Source: an uncultured Gemmatimonadales bacterium (GTDB taxonomy: Bacteria; Gemmatimonadota; Gemmatimonadetes; Longimicrobiales; Gaopeijiaceae). From it: DNA of 64,000 nucleotides. Made by a program: the position numbers and the translations under genes. The notes under the pieces were generated by a model. It worked only from the letters and a program-made list of their open reading frames with translations. It was not told the origin of the DNA and made no database searches. Positions 13,089 through 23,274 of this stretch are shown one piece after another (positions within the stretch are counted from its first letter, which is position 1; each line of letters starts with the position of its first letter). The stretch is from assembly GCA_963823035.1 (NCBI GenBank), contig CAWGKG010000018.1, positions 160,001-224,000 of the forward strand, written 5' to 3'.

Positions 13089-13307
13089 TCAGTGCGAGTG
13101 CGAGTGCTCGTCCGCGTGCGCCCAGGCGTGGATGTACGTCCCGACGAGCGCGCCGAGGCCGGCGATCACCAGGAGGCACCCGATCACGGTCCACCAGAAG
13201 CCGAGATCGCCGTGAGCCCCCTCCCACCCCACCATACCGTTCTTGAACGCTCCCATGGCGATGATGAGGTAGAGGACGCCGATGACCAGGCCTGCATGCT
13301 TCTTCAT
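13089..13307 (-). CDS. Small two-TM membrane protein with His-rich tail
   Basis: MKKHAGLVIGVLYLIIAMGAF...FWWTVIGCLLVIAGLGALVGTYIHAWAHADEHSHSH; two hydrophobic segments. Confidence 0.7.
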   Translation of the reverse strand: MKKHAGLVIGVLYLIIAMGAFKNGMVGWEGAHGDLGFWWTVIGCLLVIAGLGALVGTYIHAWAHADEHSHSH

Positions 13308-13368
13308 GAGCTTCCGCGGGTTCCGGGTTTTCGGGCAGCGCGGGCTCTCGCCCGCCGGACGCAGCAAT

Positions 13369-16041
13369 CTACGGCGCGGCCCGGGTCCCACCAAGGGTGC
13401 CGGCGCCCGCCGCGTAGAACGCTTCCAGCCGTCGCCGCACGTCGTCCCACGGGCCCCGGACCAGAGGGGCCTCGGGCAGCGAGTCGCGCAGGTAGCGCCC
13501 GTAGCGGCGGGAGACGAGCCGGTCGTCCAACATCAGGACCGCGCCCCGATCGGAGCGCGAGCGGACCAGCCGCCCGAAGCCCTGCTTCAGCCGCAGCGCG
13601 GCGTGCGGAAGCATGAACTCGTGGAAGGCACTGCCGCCGGCCCGCTCGATCGCCTCCATGCGCGCCGCCGTGATGGGCTCGTTGGGTACGCGGAAGGGCA
13701 GCTTCTGCAGGATGAGCGCCCGCAGGGGATCGCCGGGAACGTCCACGCCTTCCCAGAAGGAGGCCGTGCCCAGCAGGATCCCACGTTCCGCGCGGATGAA
13801 GCCGTGCAGGAGGCGGTGGCGATCGTCCTCGCCGTGAACGAACAGCGGCCAACGCGCCTCGACGCCCCCGGCCCGCAGCAACTCGGCCACGCGCCGGAGG
13901 GCGGCGTGCGAGGTGAACAGCACGAACAGACCTCCGTCGCTCATCGACGCCACCTCGGCCGCCACCCGTGCGGTCGCCTCCTGGAACGCTTCCCCGCCGA
14001 CCTCCGCGGCCGGGAGGTCCGTCGGCACCGCGAGCAGGGTCTGCGACGCGTAGTCGAAGGGGGACGGCACCAGACGCTCCTCCACCGCCGGCGGCTCGTC
14101 GAGGCCAGCCAGCTCCTCCGGGGCGAGCCCCAGCCGGCCGCGCAGGAAGTCGAAGCTCCTGCGCGTGGCGAGCGTGGCGGAGGTCAGCACGGTCGTGTCG
14201 ACCCGGGTGAAAAGCGAGTCGCGCAGGACGGGACCGAGCTCGATGGGCGCGGCGGCCATCGCCAGGTTCGCCCGCCTGCCCCGGCCGCGGGATTCGAGCC
14301 AGCGCACGTACGCGGACGCCTGCTCACCCGGAGCGAGCACGAGCTGCACGCCGGCGGCCATCGCGCCGAGCCGCCGCTGCACGCTGCGCAGGTCGAGGAG
14401 CCGTCCCTCGAGCCGCTCGACGAGCGCCTCGTCCACCTCGATACGGTCGCGCAGCTGCGCCAGCTCGCGCTCCAGCGTGCCGAGCGTCGCCACCAGGGCC
14501 GCGAGGCGCTCACGCACCTCCTCGCCGTCGGCCGGCTCCCCGATGCCCGTCGGGCCGAGGCGCGCGGTCGACTCCTCCGGCCCGACGAATCCCTCCAGCG
14601 TGTCCACGAAGCCCTCGACGACGGCACGCGCCCGGGAGAGCGCCGGACGCACTCGGTTTTCGATGCGCTCGCGCAGCTTCGCGCCTTCGTCGGCCTCGCC
14701 GAGCGCCTCGTGCAACGCCGTGAGGATGCCCCGTCCCCTCCGATCCAGCCGGGAGAGTGCGCGGTAGAGGCCGCGTCGGGTGATCTCCACGCCGAGGTGC
14801 TGGGTGGCCGCGTCCTCGACGTTGTGCGCCTCGTCGAGGATGAGTCGCTTGTAGGCGGGGAGCACCGCGGACTGGGTGTAGTTCTCCGTCGCGCGCCGCA
14901 CCGCCAGATCGGTGAAGAGGAGATGGTGGTTCACCACCAGGAGTTCCGCGGAGGCCGCCTGGCGCCGGGCGCGCTGGTAGAAGCACTCCTGGAAGTGCGG
15001 GCATCGCGCCCGCAGGCAGACGTCGGGGTCGCTCTGCACCTCTTCCCACAACTCCTCGGAAGGCTGGAAGCCGAGGTCCGAGAGGGAGCCGTCCTCGGTG
15101 CTCCCCATCCACTCCAGGAGCGACCGCACCTCCGCCGACCGATCCTCCTCGAAGAGCGACGTCTGGGTGTCCGCCGCCAGCAGCGCTCTCCGTATCGAGA
15201 CGTAGTTGCCGCGCCCCTTCACCAGGGCCCAGCGCACGTCGCTGCCGAGGATCCGGCGCACCAGCGGCAGGTCCTTCCCGGCGAGTTGCTCCTGGAGGTT
15301 GATCGTGTTCGTGGACACGACGGTGCGCTCCTGGTTGTCCTGGGCCCAGCGCGCCGCCGGCAGGAGATAGGCCAGCGACTTCCCCGTACCGGTGCCGGCC
15401 TCGACGACGGTCACGCCGCCCTCGTTGAAGGCGCGTCCCACGGCGCGCAGCATCTCCCGCTGGCCGGGCCGGTCCTCGTAGCCCTCGTGCAGCTCGGCGA
15501 GCGGCCCGGCCGGACCCAGGAGGGCATCGAGCGCGTCCAGGTCGAGCGGCACCCTCTCGCGCGGCTCGGGCGGCTCGACCACCACGTAGAGGCGGGAGGC
15601 CTCGTTGTCGACGATGGCCGTGCCGAGGCCACGCTCGTAGAGCTGCGCCGCCACGCGCATGTCCGCGTCGGAGGGCTCGAGCACGCCGGAGGGGTGGTTG
15701 TGAAGCATGACCCCGCCCTCGCGGGCGTCGCGCGCGGCGACGAGCACCGCCGCGAAGTTGCCGCGAGAGACCGCGCGCGGGTCGTGGACCCGACGCCGCT
15801 CGTCGACCTCTGCAAGGAAGCACACCTCGCGCCCCCCCGCGCGCTCGATCTCCGCCCGGATACGGCGGGACGCGTCCTCGTCGAGCTTCAGCGCACGGAG
15901 ACGCTTCCGTCGGGCAGGCTTCGGCGCCCCCTCCTCCGCGTCGACGTCGAGGCCGTCCAGCCCCACGAGCACGGCTCGCCCCGGGTGCACGGGGAAGCCT
16001 TCGGGGAAGTCGGGAGGATCTTCTCGGAAGCGAGGCGCCAT
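13369..16041 (-). CDS. DinG/YoaA-family DEAH helicase with N-terminal JAB (RadC-like) domain
   Basis: JAB motif HNHPSGVLEPSDAD; Q motif GYEDRPGQ; Walker A EAGTGTGKS; VVNHHLL; LILDEAH; TSATL; SPFDY; GTASFWEGVDVPG; KLPF; KQGFGRLVRS. Start codon uncertain. Confidence 0.9.
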   Translation of the reverse strand: MAPRFREDPPDFPEGFPVHPGRAVLVGLDGLDVDAEEGAPKPARRKRLRALKLDEDASRRIRAEIERAGGREVCFLAEVDERRRVHDPRAVSRGNFAAVLVAARDAREGGVMLHNHPSGVLEPSDADMRVAAQLYERGLGTAIVDNEASRLYVVVEPPEPRERVPLDLDALDALLGPAGPLAELHEGYEDRPGQREMLRAVGRAFNEGGVTVVEAGTGTGKSLAYLLPAARWAQDNQERTVVSTNTINLQEQLAGKDLPLVRRILGSDVRWALVKGRGNYVSIRRALLAADTQTSLFEEDRSAEVRSLLEWMGSTEDGSLSDLGFQPSEELWEEVQSDPDVCLRARCPHFQECFYQRARRQAASAELLVVNHHLLFTDLAVRRATENYTQSAVLPAYKRLILDEAHNVEDAATQHLGVEITRRGLYRALSRLDRRGRGILTALHEALGEADEGAKLRERIENRVRPALSRARAVVEGFVDTLEGFVGPEESTARLGPTGIGEPADGEEVRERLAALVATLGTLERELAQLRDRIEVDEALVERLEGRLLDLRSVQRRLGAMAAGVQLVLAPGEQASAYVRWLESRGRGRRANLAMAAAPIELGPVLRDSLFTRVDTTVLTSATLATRRSFDFLRGRLGLAPEELAGLDEPPAVEERLVPSPFDYASQTLLAVPTDLPAAEVGGEAFQEATARVAAEVASMSDGGLFVLFTSHAALRRVAELLRAGGVEARWPLFVHGEDDRHRLLHGFIRAERGILLGTASFWEGVDVPGDPLRALILQKLPFRVPNEPITAARMEAIERAGGSAFHEFMLPHAALRLKQGFGRLVRSRSDRGAVLMLDDRLVSRRYGRYLRDSLPEAPLVRGPWDDVRRRLEAFYAAGAGTLGGTRAAP

Positions 16042-16079
16042 GCCGTGGAAGCTAACGCCCAAAAACCACCCCCCCATAA

Positions 16080-16148
16080 CTCTCTGCGTCCTCTGCGTCC
16101 TCCGTGGTGAACTGCTCTTACCACGGAGGACGCAGAGGACGCAGAGAG
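16080..16148. repeat. Perfect 29-bp inverted repeat (REP-like hairpin)
   Basis: CTCTCTGCGTCCTCTGCGTCCTCCGTGGT (16080-16108), 11 nt loop, exact reverse complement (16120-16148). Confidence 0.9.
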
Positions 16149-16179
16149 GAGACCTTGGAAGGGGGGCGAGTCACGCCCC

Positions 16180-17454
16180 TCAGGTCTTCAGCTTCTTCTT
16201 CTTGGCCGCCGGGAACAGGACGTTGTTCAGGATCAGCCGGTAGCCGGGCGAGTTGGGGTGCAGCGCCAGGTCGGTCTGCGGGTCACCGATCTGGTGCTCG
16301 GGGTCCTCGGGGTCATGCCCCCCGAGGAAGGTCCACGTCCCCTCGCCGAGCGTCCCGTGGATGTACTTCGCCCAGTCGCCCTCCTGCGCGAGGATGATCA
16401 CGCCCGGCTTGATGCGGTCCGTCCGGAAGGAGGTCGTCAGCCCGTAGAAGTCCGGGAGCACCGTCTCGTGGTCCTGGGTGAGCATCGCCGGGACGGGGTC
16501 GAACTTGGCCGAGAATTCAAATAAGGTGTAGACACCCAGGTCCTTGCGCCACGGCGTGTTGACCTGATGTGCGTCGATGTCGCTGAAGGCGTTCACGGAG
16601 GGCGCGATCTGCACCTCCGCGTTCTGGAACGCCAGCGTTCGGGTCCAATCCATGTGCGCGGAGGCGTCCGGGTCGGGCGGCGTTCCGTCGGAGTAGGCGG
16701 CCGCGATGTCGACGTTCCCCGCCGCGAGTGCGAGGTCGAGCGTCTCGGTGGCCGAGCACATCGCGAAGAGGAAGCCGCCGCCCTCGATGTACGCCCTGAT
16801 CTTGCGGGCGACGGCCTTCTTGAGCTCCGGGACGGACGAGAAGCCGTGCGACCGCGCCACCTCCTGGTTCCGCGCCACCTCGTCCTGGAGCCAGGGTGCA
16901 CCCGCGTAGGTCAGGTAGAACTTCGAGTACTGCCCGGTGAAGTCCTCGTGGTGGAGGTGGATCCACTCGTACTGCTTGAGGTCCGTGTCGAGCACCTCGG
17001 GATCCCACAGCGTCTCGTACTCGATGCCCGCGTACTCGAGCGCCATCGTGACCGCGTCGTCCCAGGGCGTCGCGTTGGGCGGCGAGTACACGGCGACCTT
17101 CGGCGCCTTCTCGAGCGGCACGGCCTCCATGTTGGCCTCGGCGATCGTCGCGCGCATGCTCGCCTCGGCGCCCGCGTCCATCGCCTCCACGCTCACGCCG
17201 CGCACCGCGGCCTCGCGCCGGACGTCCGGGCGGTCGGGGAGGAGAAAGGAGCCGCCGCGGTAGTTGAGCAGCCACTCCGCCTTCATGCTCCTGGTGAGCG
17301 TCCAGTACGTGAGGCCGTACGCCTTCAGGTGGTTCTGCTGCGTGCGGTCCATCGGCACGAGAAGCCACTGCGCCGACGCGGGGACGACCGCCCCGGCGAG
17401 CGCGACGAGGGCCAGCAGGAAGGCGAGCACGGGTGCTCCCACGCGTCGACTCAC
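16180..17454 (-). CDS. Exported class I glutamine-amidotransferase-like protein (family often labelled 'asparagine synthetase B')
   Basis: Signal peptide ending ASA-Q; LVPMD..QQNHLKAYG, WLLNYRGGSF, PWDDAVT, HLHHEDFTGQY, GGFLFAMCSATET, GGHDPED, SPGYRLILNNVLFPAAKKK. Confidence 0.7.
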   Translation of the reverse strand: MSRRVGAPVLAFLLALVALAGAVVPASAQWLLVPMDRTQQNHLKAYGLTYWTLTRSMKAEWLLNYRGGSFLLPDRPDVRREAAVRGVSVEAMDAGAEASMRATIAEANMEAVPLEKAPKVAVYSPPNATPWDDAVTMALEYAGIEYETLWDPEVLDTDLKQYEWIHLHHEDFTGQYSKFYLTYAGAPWLQDEVARNQEVARSHGFSSVPELKKAVARKIRAYIEGGGFLFAMCSATETLDLALAAGNVDIAAAYSDGTPPDPDASAHMDWTRTLAFQNAEVQIAPSVNAFSDIDAHQVNTPWRKDLGVYTLFEFSAKFDPVPAMLTQDHETVLPDFYGLTTSFRTDRIKPGVIILAQEGDWAKYIHGTLGEGTWTFLGGHDPEDPEHQIGDPQTDLALHPNSPGYRLILNNVLFPAAKKKKLKT

Positions 17455-19197
17455 CCGCCGGCCTTCTTCAGGCGCTCGAGCTCGCGACGTGCGTCGGGCG
17501 CCACCGCGGCGTTCGGGGAGCGCGTCACGAGGTCCTCCAGGAGCCGGATCGCCTTCTGGCGGCCGTCCGGCGTCGCGGCGTGGAAGCGTGCGAGGGCGAG
17601 CGACGCCTCCGCCGCCTCCGGCGCGTCCGGGTATTCCTCCAACAGCCGGGTCCGCAGGTCGGCCGCGGTCTCCCCGAGATCGGCCAGCCGGGCGGCCTCG
17701 GCGAGCAGCGTGGGCCGCTCCTCCTCCGCCACCTCGTCCACGGAACCGCTCAGGGCGTGGGCCGCCTCTTCCCCCTTCCCCTCGTGCGCACGCACGCCCG
17801 CCTCCGCGACCAGCCCGGCTGCGGGCGGCGACAGCCTACCCAGGAGCCCGGCGAACTGGATCACCTCCGTGGCCTGCGCGGGGGGCATCCCGGGGAGCGC
17901 CAGGAGCAGTGCCTTGCGCCCCTCCGCCACCTGCCCGGCGGCCAGGAGGAGGTAGCCACGCTGGAGCGCGCTCCGCGGACCTTCGATCCCCTCCAGCACC
18001 TCGTTCGCGCCTTCGTCGTCCCCGCGCGCCAGGAGCGCGCCGGCCACGGTCGCCGTCAGCTGGTCCAGCTCGGGCGCGGTCGGGAACTCCTCCCGGAAAG
18101 CGGCGAGCAGGGCCGTCAGCTCGTCCGGCGGTGCGCTCCCGCTCTCCAGCTCGATGACGCGCGCCGTGGCCTGGCGGCGGTCGACCGAGCCGGGCGTGAA
18201 CGAGGCCACCACCCGGCGCTGGGCCTCGAGGGCGGTCGCGCTGTCACCCGTGGCGAGGGAGATGTCCACGAGCCGCTGGTCGAACTGGCGACGCTCGGCC
18301 GGGGAGGCCGCGTCCTGCCCGAGCGCCCCGTAGGCCCATGCCGCCACGTCGCCGAGCCCCGCGTCGCGCGCACGCCGCGCCACGTCCGAGAGGAAGGCGT
18401 CGCGTGCCCGGTCATCGAGGCCGCTCGCGGCGCGGCGAGAGAGCGCGAGCGCCTGGTCCTCGATGCGAAGCTCGAGGGCGATGCTCGCGGCCGTCCGCAC
18501 GCCCTGCGGATCGCGCGAGCCGGCCACGGCCGAGACCAAGGTCACTCCGGCCTCGCGGTTGCCTTCCGGCAGCCCGGCGATGCGGCGGGTGATCGTCCGC
18601 ACGTCCACGCCCTTCCCCGCTGCGGCCCGCGCCCATTCGTGACACCGCGCCATCCACGTCTCCGGACGTCACGAGGAGATCGCCGATCTCGAGCGCGTAC
18701 GCGTCCTCCCGGTGCAGCGCCGAGCGCCCCCGCCGGAGCACGTCGAGGGCCCGATCCGCTCCAAAGGCGCGCTCGTAGATCCGTGCCACCTCGCGGTAGG
18801 ACGCCTCGGAGCTCGCCTGCTCGCCGAGCCACTGCTCCCCCTCCTCGCGCACGGCGTCGAGGGAGTCGAGGTCCGAGAGCACGCGCAGCTTCAGGTAGCG
18901 GACGCCCGAAGCACTCGGGTCGTGCGCGAGGAAGGTGTCCACGGCCGGGAGGATCGCCCGGGGCTCGCCCTTCGTGCGCAGCACGCGCTCCAGCGCGAAC
19001 AACCCCCCGGAAGACGCCGGGCTCGCCACGAGGAGGCGTCGGAGCACGCGCTCGGCGCCATCCAGGTCTCCGCGTGACTCGCGCGCCGCCGCCTCGCGGA
19101 GGAGGCGCGTCTCCTCGACACCCTGCCCCTCGACGGGGCGTGCCAGGGTCACCGAGAGGGCGAGCGCCGCGCACGCGGCCGTCAGGATGCGCCTCAC
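17451..19197 (-). CDS. Exported tetratricopeptide-repeat protein (frameshift near 18641)
   Basis: Signal peptide VRRILTAACAALALSVTLA; helical repeats; C-terminal TPR-type LLEEYPDAPEA and LVTRSPNAAVAPDAR. Confidence 0.72.
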
Positions 19198-22100
19198 CGG
19201 CCGCCTCCGGGCGGGGGTCCCCCGCTCCGTCCGCCGGACGGGCTGCGATTGAGCCGCTCGAAGTACTGGATCACGAGCTGGCGGACGGCCGGCGGGAGTC
19301 CCTGGAGCCGCTCGGCGTCGGGCATCTCGTAGCGCAGCACGCCGAGGTCGCCCGCGTCCAGCGGCACGACTTGCGCCCCGTTCGAAGGCCCCGGCCGACT
19401 TCGACTCCCGCTCGTCCGAAGTCTCCTCGTCGTCCTTCTGCAGGCTCCGGCCCGCATCCAGGAGGCGGTGGAAGAGCCGTTCCTGCCGCTCGGTCATGTC
19501 GGGCGTCAGTCGGCCCGCGGCCATCTGCTTGGCGATCGCCTCGGCCTCGGCGGCGAGATCCTGCAGGCTGCCGAGGGACTTCTCCTCGGCGCCCTTCTGC
19601 TCGGAGAGCTGATCGAGGTCCTGGGCGACCGACTGCTGCTGCTCGGCCAGCTGTTGCAGCTGCTCGCGCAGCGCCTGCTCACCGAGCTGCATCGGCGTGA
19701 GCTGGCCCGTCTGGTTGGAGAGCTCGCCCTGCTCCTGGGCGAGCTGCTCGAGCTGCTCGGAGACCTGGTCCCCGCTCTGTCCCTCCCCCTGCTGGCCCAT
19801 CTGCTCGGCGCCGGCCATGGCCATGAGCGCAAGCTGGTTGAGGTCGTCCACGGCGCGCTCGGCGGCGGCCTGCGGAGACTGTGCAGAGCCACGGCGGTTT
19901 TCCATCGCCTGGATCGTCCGTTCCAGCGACTCCATCGCGCGACCCATCTGGGCGGACAACTCGCGGTCGCCGTTGGCGGCGCCTTCGGTGCGCTCCATGA
20001 GCGACTGCGCCAGGTTGCGGACACCCTGCACCAGCGAGGCCTCGTCGCCGCGCATGTTCGTGACCTCGTCCTGGGCGGCGCTCTGCATCTGCTCCCGTAG
20101 CTCGGCCTGCCGGCGGGCGAGGGAGAGCGCGTCGTCCGCCGCCTGGTGCAGCGCCTGCTGCATCGCCTCGGCCTTCTGCTGCTGCATCTCCTGCTGCGCC
20201 TGGTCGAGCTGCTCCGCCGCCTTCTCCATGTCCTGGGCGGCCTGGTCGGCCTTCTTGCCGGCGTCCTGGGGACGCTGGCGCGCCGCGTCCTCCTTCGCCT
20301 TCGACATCTGCTCGCCGGCCTGCTCCGCCTGCTTGCGCGCCTCCTGCACCTCGCGGGCGGCGTCCTTCTCGCCGAGCTGCTCCAGGCGCTCCTGTAGCTT
20401 CTCCATGCGCGACTGCAGCTCCTCGCCCCGATCCTGGAGCTTGGCCTGCTGCTCGGCGCGCAGCTCCGGCTTGTCCTCTTCCTTCATGGCGTCCGCGAGC
20501 GCCTGCTCCTGCTTCGCGAGGTCGTCCGCCTCCCCGCGCGTGGCGCGGAAGTCCTGCTCCACCGCCGCCCGTCGGAAGCGCTCCAGCGACTCCTCGAGGC
20601 GATCGCGGAACTCCTCCTGCTGCTTCGCGAGATCCTGGAGCTGTTGATTCGACTGGCGAACGTCCTCCTGGTCCAGCCCCTCGGCCATCTTGTCCAGCTG
20701 TTGCTGGAGGTCCTCGCCGGCGACCTGCTGCAGCAGCTCCTGCAGCTCCTCCAGGTCCTTCCGCAACTCGGGATCGGCCTGCCCGGCCTCGCGCATGGTC
20801 TCCTCGAGCGCCTCCAGCTCCGCCCGCATGGAGTCGACGCGCCCGGTGAGATCCTTCTGGTCCTCCAGCGCCTTGCGCAACTCCTCCCGGTGCTCGTAAT
20901 CCAGCTGGCCTTGCTGATCCGGGCGGCCGGGTGATTGCGACGCCTCCTGGCGGTCAGCCGCCGCCTGCCGCTCGAGGTCGCGCGTCTCCTCGGCCTTCTT
21001 CTCCGCCTCCTTGGCGAGCTCCTGGAGACGGCTGGCCATGCTGTCGAGCTGCTCCTCCGCCCCCCTGCGCAACTCCGCCGCGTTCGGCATCCTGAGCACG
21101 AACTCGCGCGTCTCTGCGGTATGTCCGGCCGGAGCGTTGTCCACGGCGCGCGCGAAGTAGTGGACCTCGTCGCCGGGGAGGAGGCGCCACCCCGACACGT
21201 CGAGCATCGGGCGTGCGAGGGCGGCGCGGGTCCCGCCAAGGTCGAGCCCCTGCGTGAGGGGAGGCCGGTTCTCGCCGGTCGCCGTACGCCGGTAGGCCAC
21301 CAACTCGAGGCGGCGCAGCCCGTAGTCGTCGTGCGCCTCGAGGATGAGCGGCTGCTGGAGCGTGACCGGGAGGATCGTGTCGCGCCCGGGGATGGGGATC
21401 GTCACGACGGGCGCCGAGTCCGGGACGAGGGTGAGGTCGAGCGGATCGGGCTGCGCGACCGCCGTGGCGCCGTTCGCGTCGCGGAAGTCCCAGGTGAACC
21501 GCCCTCCGGCGCGGGGCGTCCACGCCCCCTCGAAGCGTGCCCCCTCCACGGTCGCCTCGAGCATGGGCGCCTCGGCGCTGTCGGACAGGACGGCGCGGGA
21601 GAGGGGCCTGCTGGCGGAGCCCTCGAAGGACAACTGCGTGCCCACCGGGAGGAAGAGGGGTGGAATCTGGCCGCGGTACTCCTCGGGCTCGAGCCCGGTG
21701 TGCCCGGGATACGTCACCTCCACGCGGAGGTCGCTCACGAACAGCGGGTCCACCGGAACGATGCGATACGGCTCGGAAAGCACCCCGTCGGGCGTGCGCA
21801 CGCGGTACTCGATCGTCGCGGAGACGGCCTCGAAGCGCCGCGTGCCCACCCCGTCCGCGAGCGTGAGCGTCTCGGTGCGCGCCACGTCTCCGGCGGCCTG
21901 CCATGCCAGGTCTGCGCTCGTCCTTCCGGGCGCCTCGACACGCACGTCGACGTCGCTTCCGCGCATGACCTCGATGCTGCCGGGCGTGACCGACAGCGGC
22001 GCGAGCAACGGCTTCGCCATGAGGCGGACGGGCGTGGAGAGGCCGAGCCACGCGCGCCCGGCCCGGGTCGGGGCGGCCACCGCCATGACCGTGAGGATCA

Positions 22101-22593
22101 CGGCCGTCGTGGCCAGCGCACCCGATCCCCGTCGCGTCCACGAGCGCACCGCGGAGCCCAACTCGCCGGAAAGCTCGGGGACGGGACGGTTCAGCTCCTC
22201 CAGCGTCCGCTCCGCCGCCAGGGCCACGAGACTCTCGGAGACGCCGGCCGGGACGGCGCGGGACAGCTCGAGGGAACCCCGCACCACGCCGGGGCGCACC
22301 CCGCTCGCCCGCTCCATGGCGCTGGAGAGCGGCTCCTCCGCGAACCACCGCCTGGCGCCACGGTGGCCCGCGACCAGCAGCGCCGTCGCGACCACGACCA
22401 GCACGACGTCGAGCACGAGCGGCACGCCGCTGCCCTGCCGCCACCCTTCCGGTCCGGCAAGCAGCCAGGCGGCCGCCAGCACCCCGGCCGCCGCCACGAC
22501 CGTCCACAGGAGCACGGCCACGAGCGCGCGCCGCGTCAGGTGGCGACGGACGGCATCGACCAGTCCCTGGAGACGACGCGGAGCCGGGCTCAC
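19194..22593 (-). CDS. DUF4175-like large membrane protein with Ig-like domains and long coiled coil (frameshift near 19377)
   Basis: Three N-terminal TM segments, beta-rich region (VTYPGHTG, AHDDYGL, PGDEVHYFARAVDN), Q/E-rich coiled coil, RLLDAGRSL, terminal LVIQYFERL in another frame. Confidence 0.75.
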
Positions 22594-23249
22594 GGCACCG
22601 CCTGCCCAAGCACGTACACGAAGAGGTTCACCCCCATACGGATGGCCGCCTCACGGATCTCGGGCGGATCCTCGTGCACTTCGGGATCCTCCCACCCGTC
22701 CCCGAGGTCGGACTGGTAGGAATAGAAGACCACGAGGCGCCCGTCGTGGATGATGGCGAGCGCCTGGGGAGGCTTCCCGTCGTGCTCGTGCACCTTGGGG
22801 ATGCCCTCCGTCAGGTCGTAGAACGCATGGAAGACCGGGTGGTCCGGGGGAAGCTCGACGAGCTCCTCGTCGGGGAAGATGCGTGCGATCTCCCGGCGAA
22901 AGGACTCGTCCATCCCGTAGTTGTCGTCGGCGTGCAGGAAGCCCCCGCCGAGGAGATAGGCGCGCAGCGTGGCGCACTCGGCCTCGGTGAAGTGCACGTT
23001 GCCGTGCCCGTTCATGTAGAGGTAGGGGTGGTCGGTCAGCCCCGGGTCGAGAGGAGTGACCGTGCTCTCGCGCATCGCCACCGGGATGCCGGTCCTGTCC
23101 CGGATCGCCTCCAGCAGGTTCGGAAGCGACGACGGATTGCCGTACCAATCGCCGCCGCCGTCGTAGTGCAGGCGGGTGACGGTGATGGAGTCCGCAGGCG
23201 CGGCGGACGCGGTCAGGACGGCCAGCGCCGTGAGCAGGAGAGCGGTCAT
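22590..23249 (-). CDS. DUF4159 domain-containing exported protein
   Basis: RLHYDGGGDWYGNPSSLPNL, YLYMNGHGNV, YLLGGGFLHADDNYG, PKVHEHDG, DLGDGWED, MGVNLFVY. Confidence 0.85.
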   Translation of the reverse strand: MTALLLTALAVLTASAAPADSITVTRLHYDGGGDWYGNPSSLPNLLEAIRDRTGIPVAMRESTVTPLDPGLTDHPYLYMNGHGNVHFTEAECATLRAYLLGGGFLHADDNYGMDESFRREIARIFPDEELVELPPDHPVFHAFYDLTEGIPKVHEHDGKPPQALAIIHDGRLVVFYSYQSDLGDGWEDPEVHEDPPEIREAAIRMGVNLFVYVLGQAVP

Positions 23250-23274
23250 CCGTGAGGCGAGCGGCCTTCCGGGG

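Noticed and set aside
16041..16060. Leaderless promoter (TAGCTT 7 nt before ATG 16041) for JAB-DinG
   Set aside because: No -35 element and the start codon itself is uncertain, so support is insufficient.
16080..16148. CRISPR array or IS ends
   Set aside because: A single hairpin with no spacers, no cas genes and no transposase; the DinG is not in a type IV CRISPR context within this window.
18412..22593. Apparent 1393-aa DUF4175-TPR fusion
   Set aside because: A frameshift near 19377 bypasses the real C-terminus (YFERL, stop at 19194); the TPR gene has its own signal peptide.
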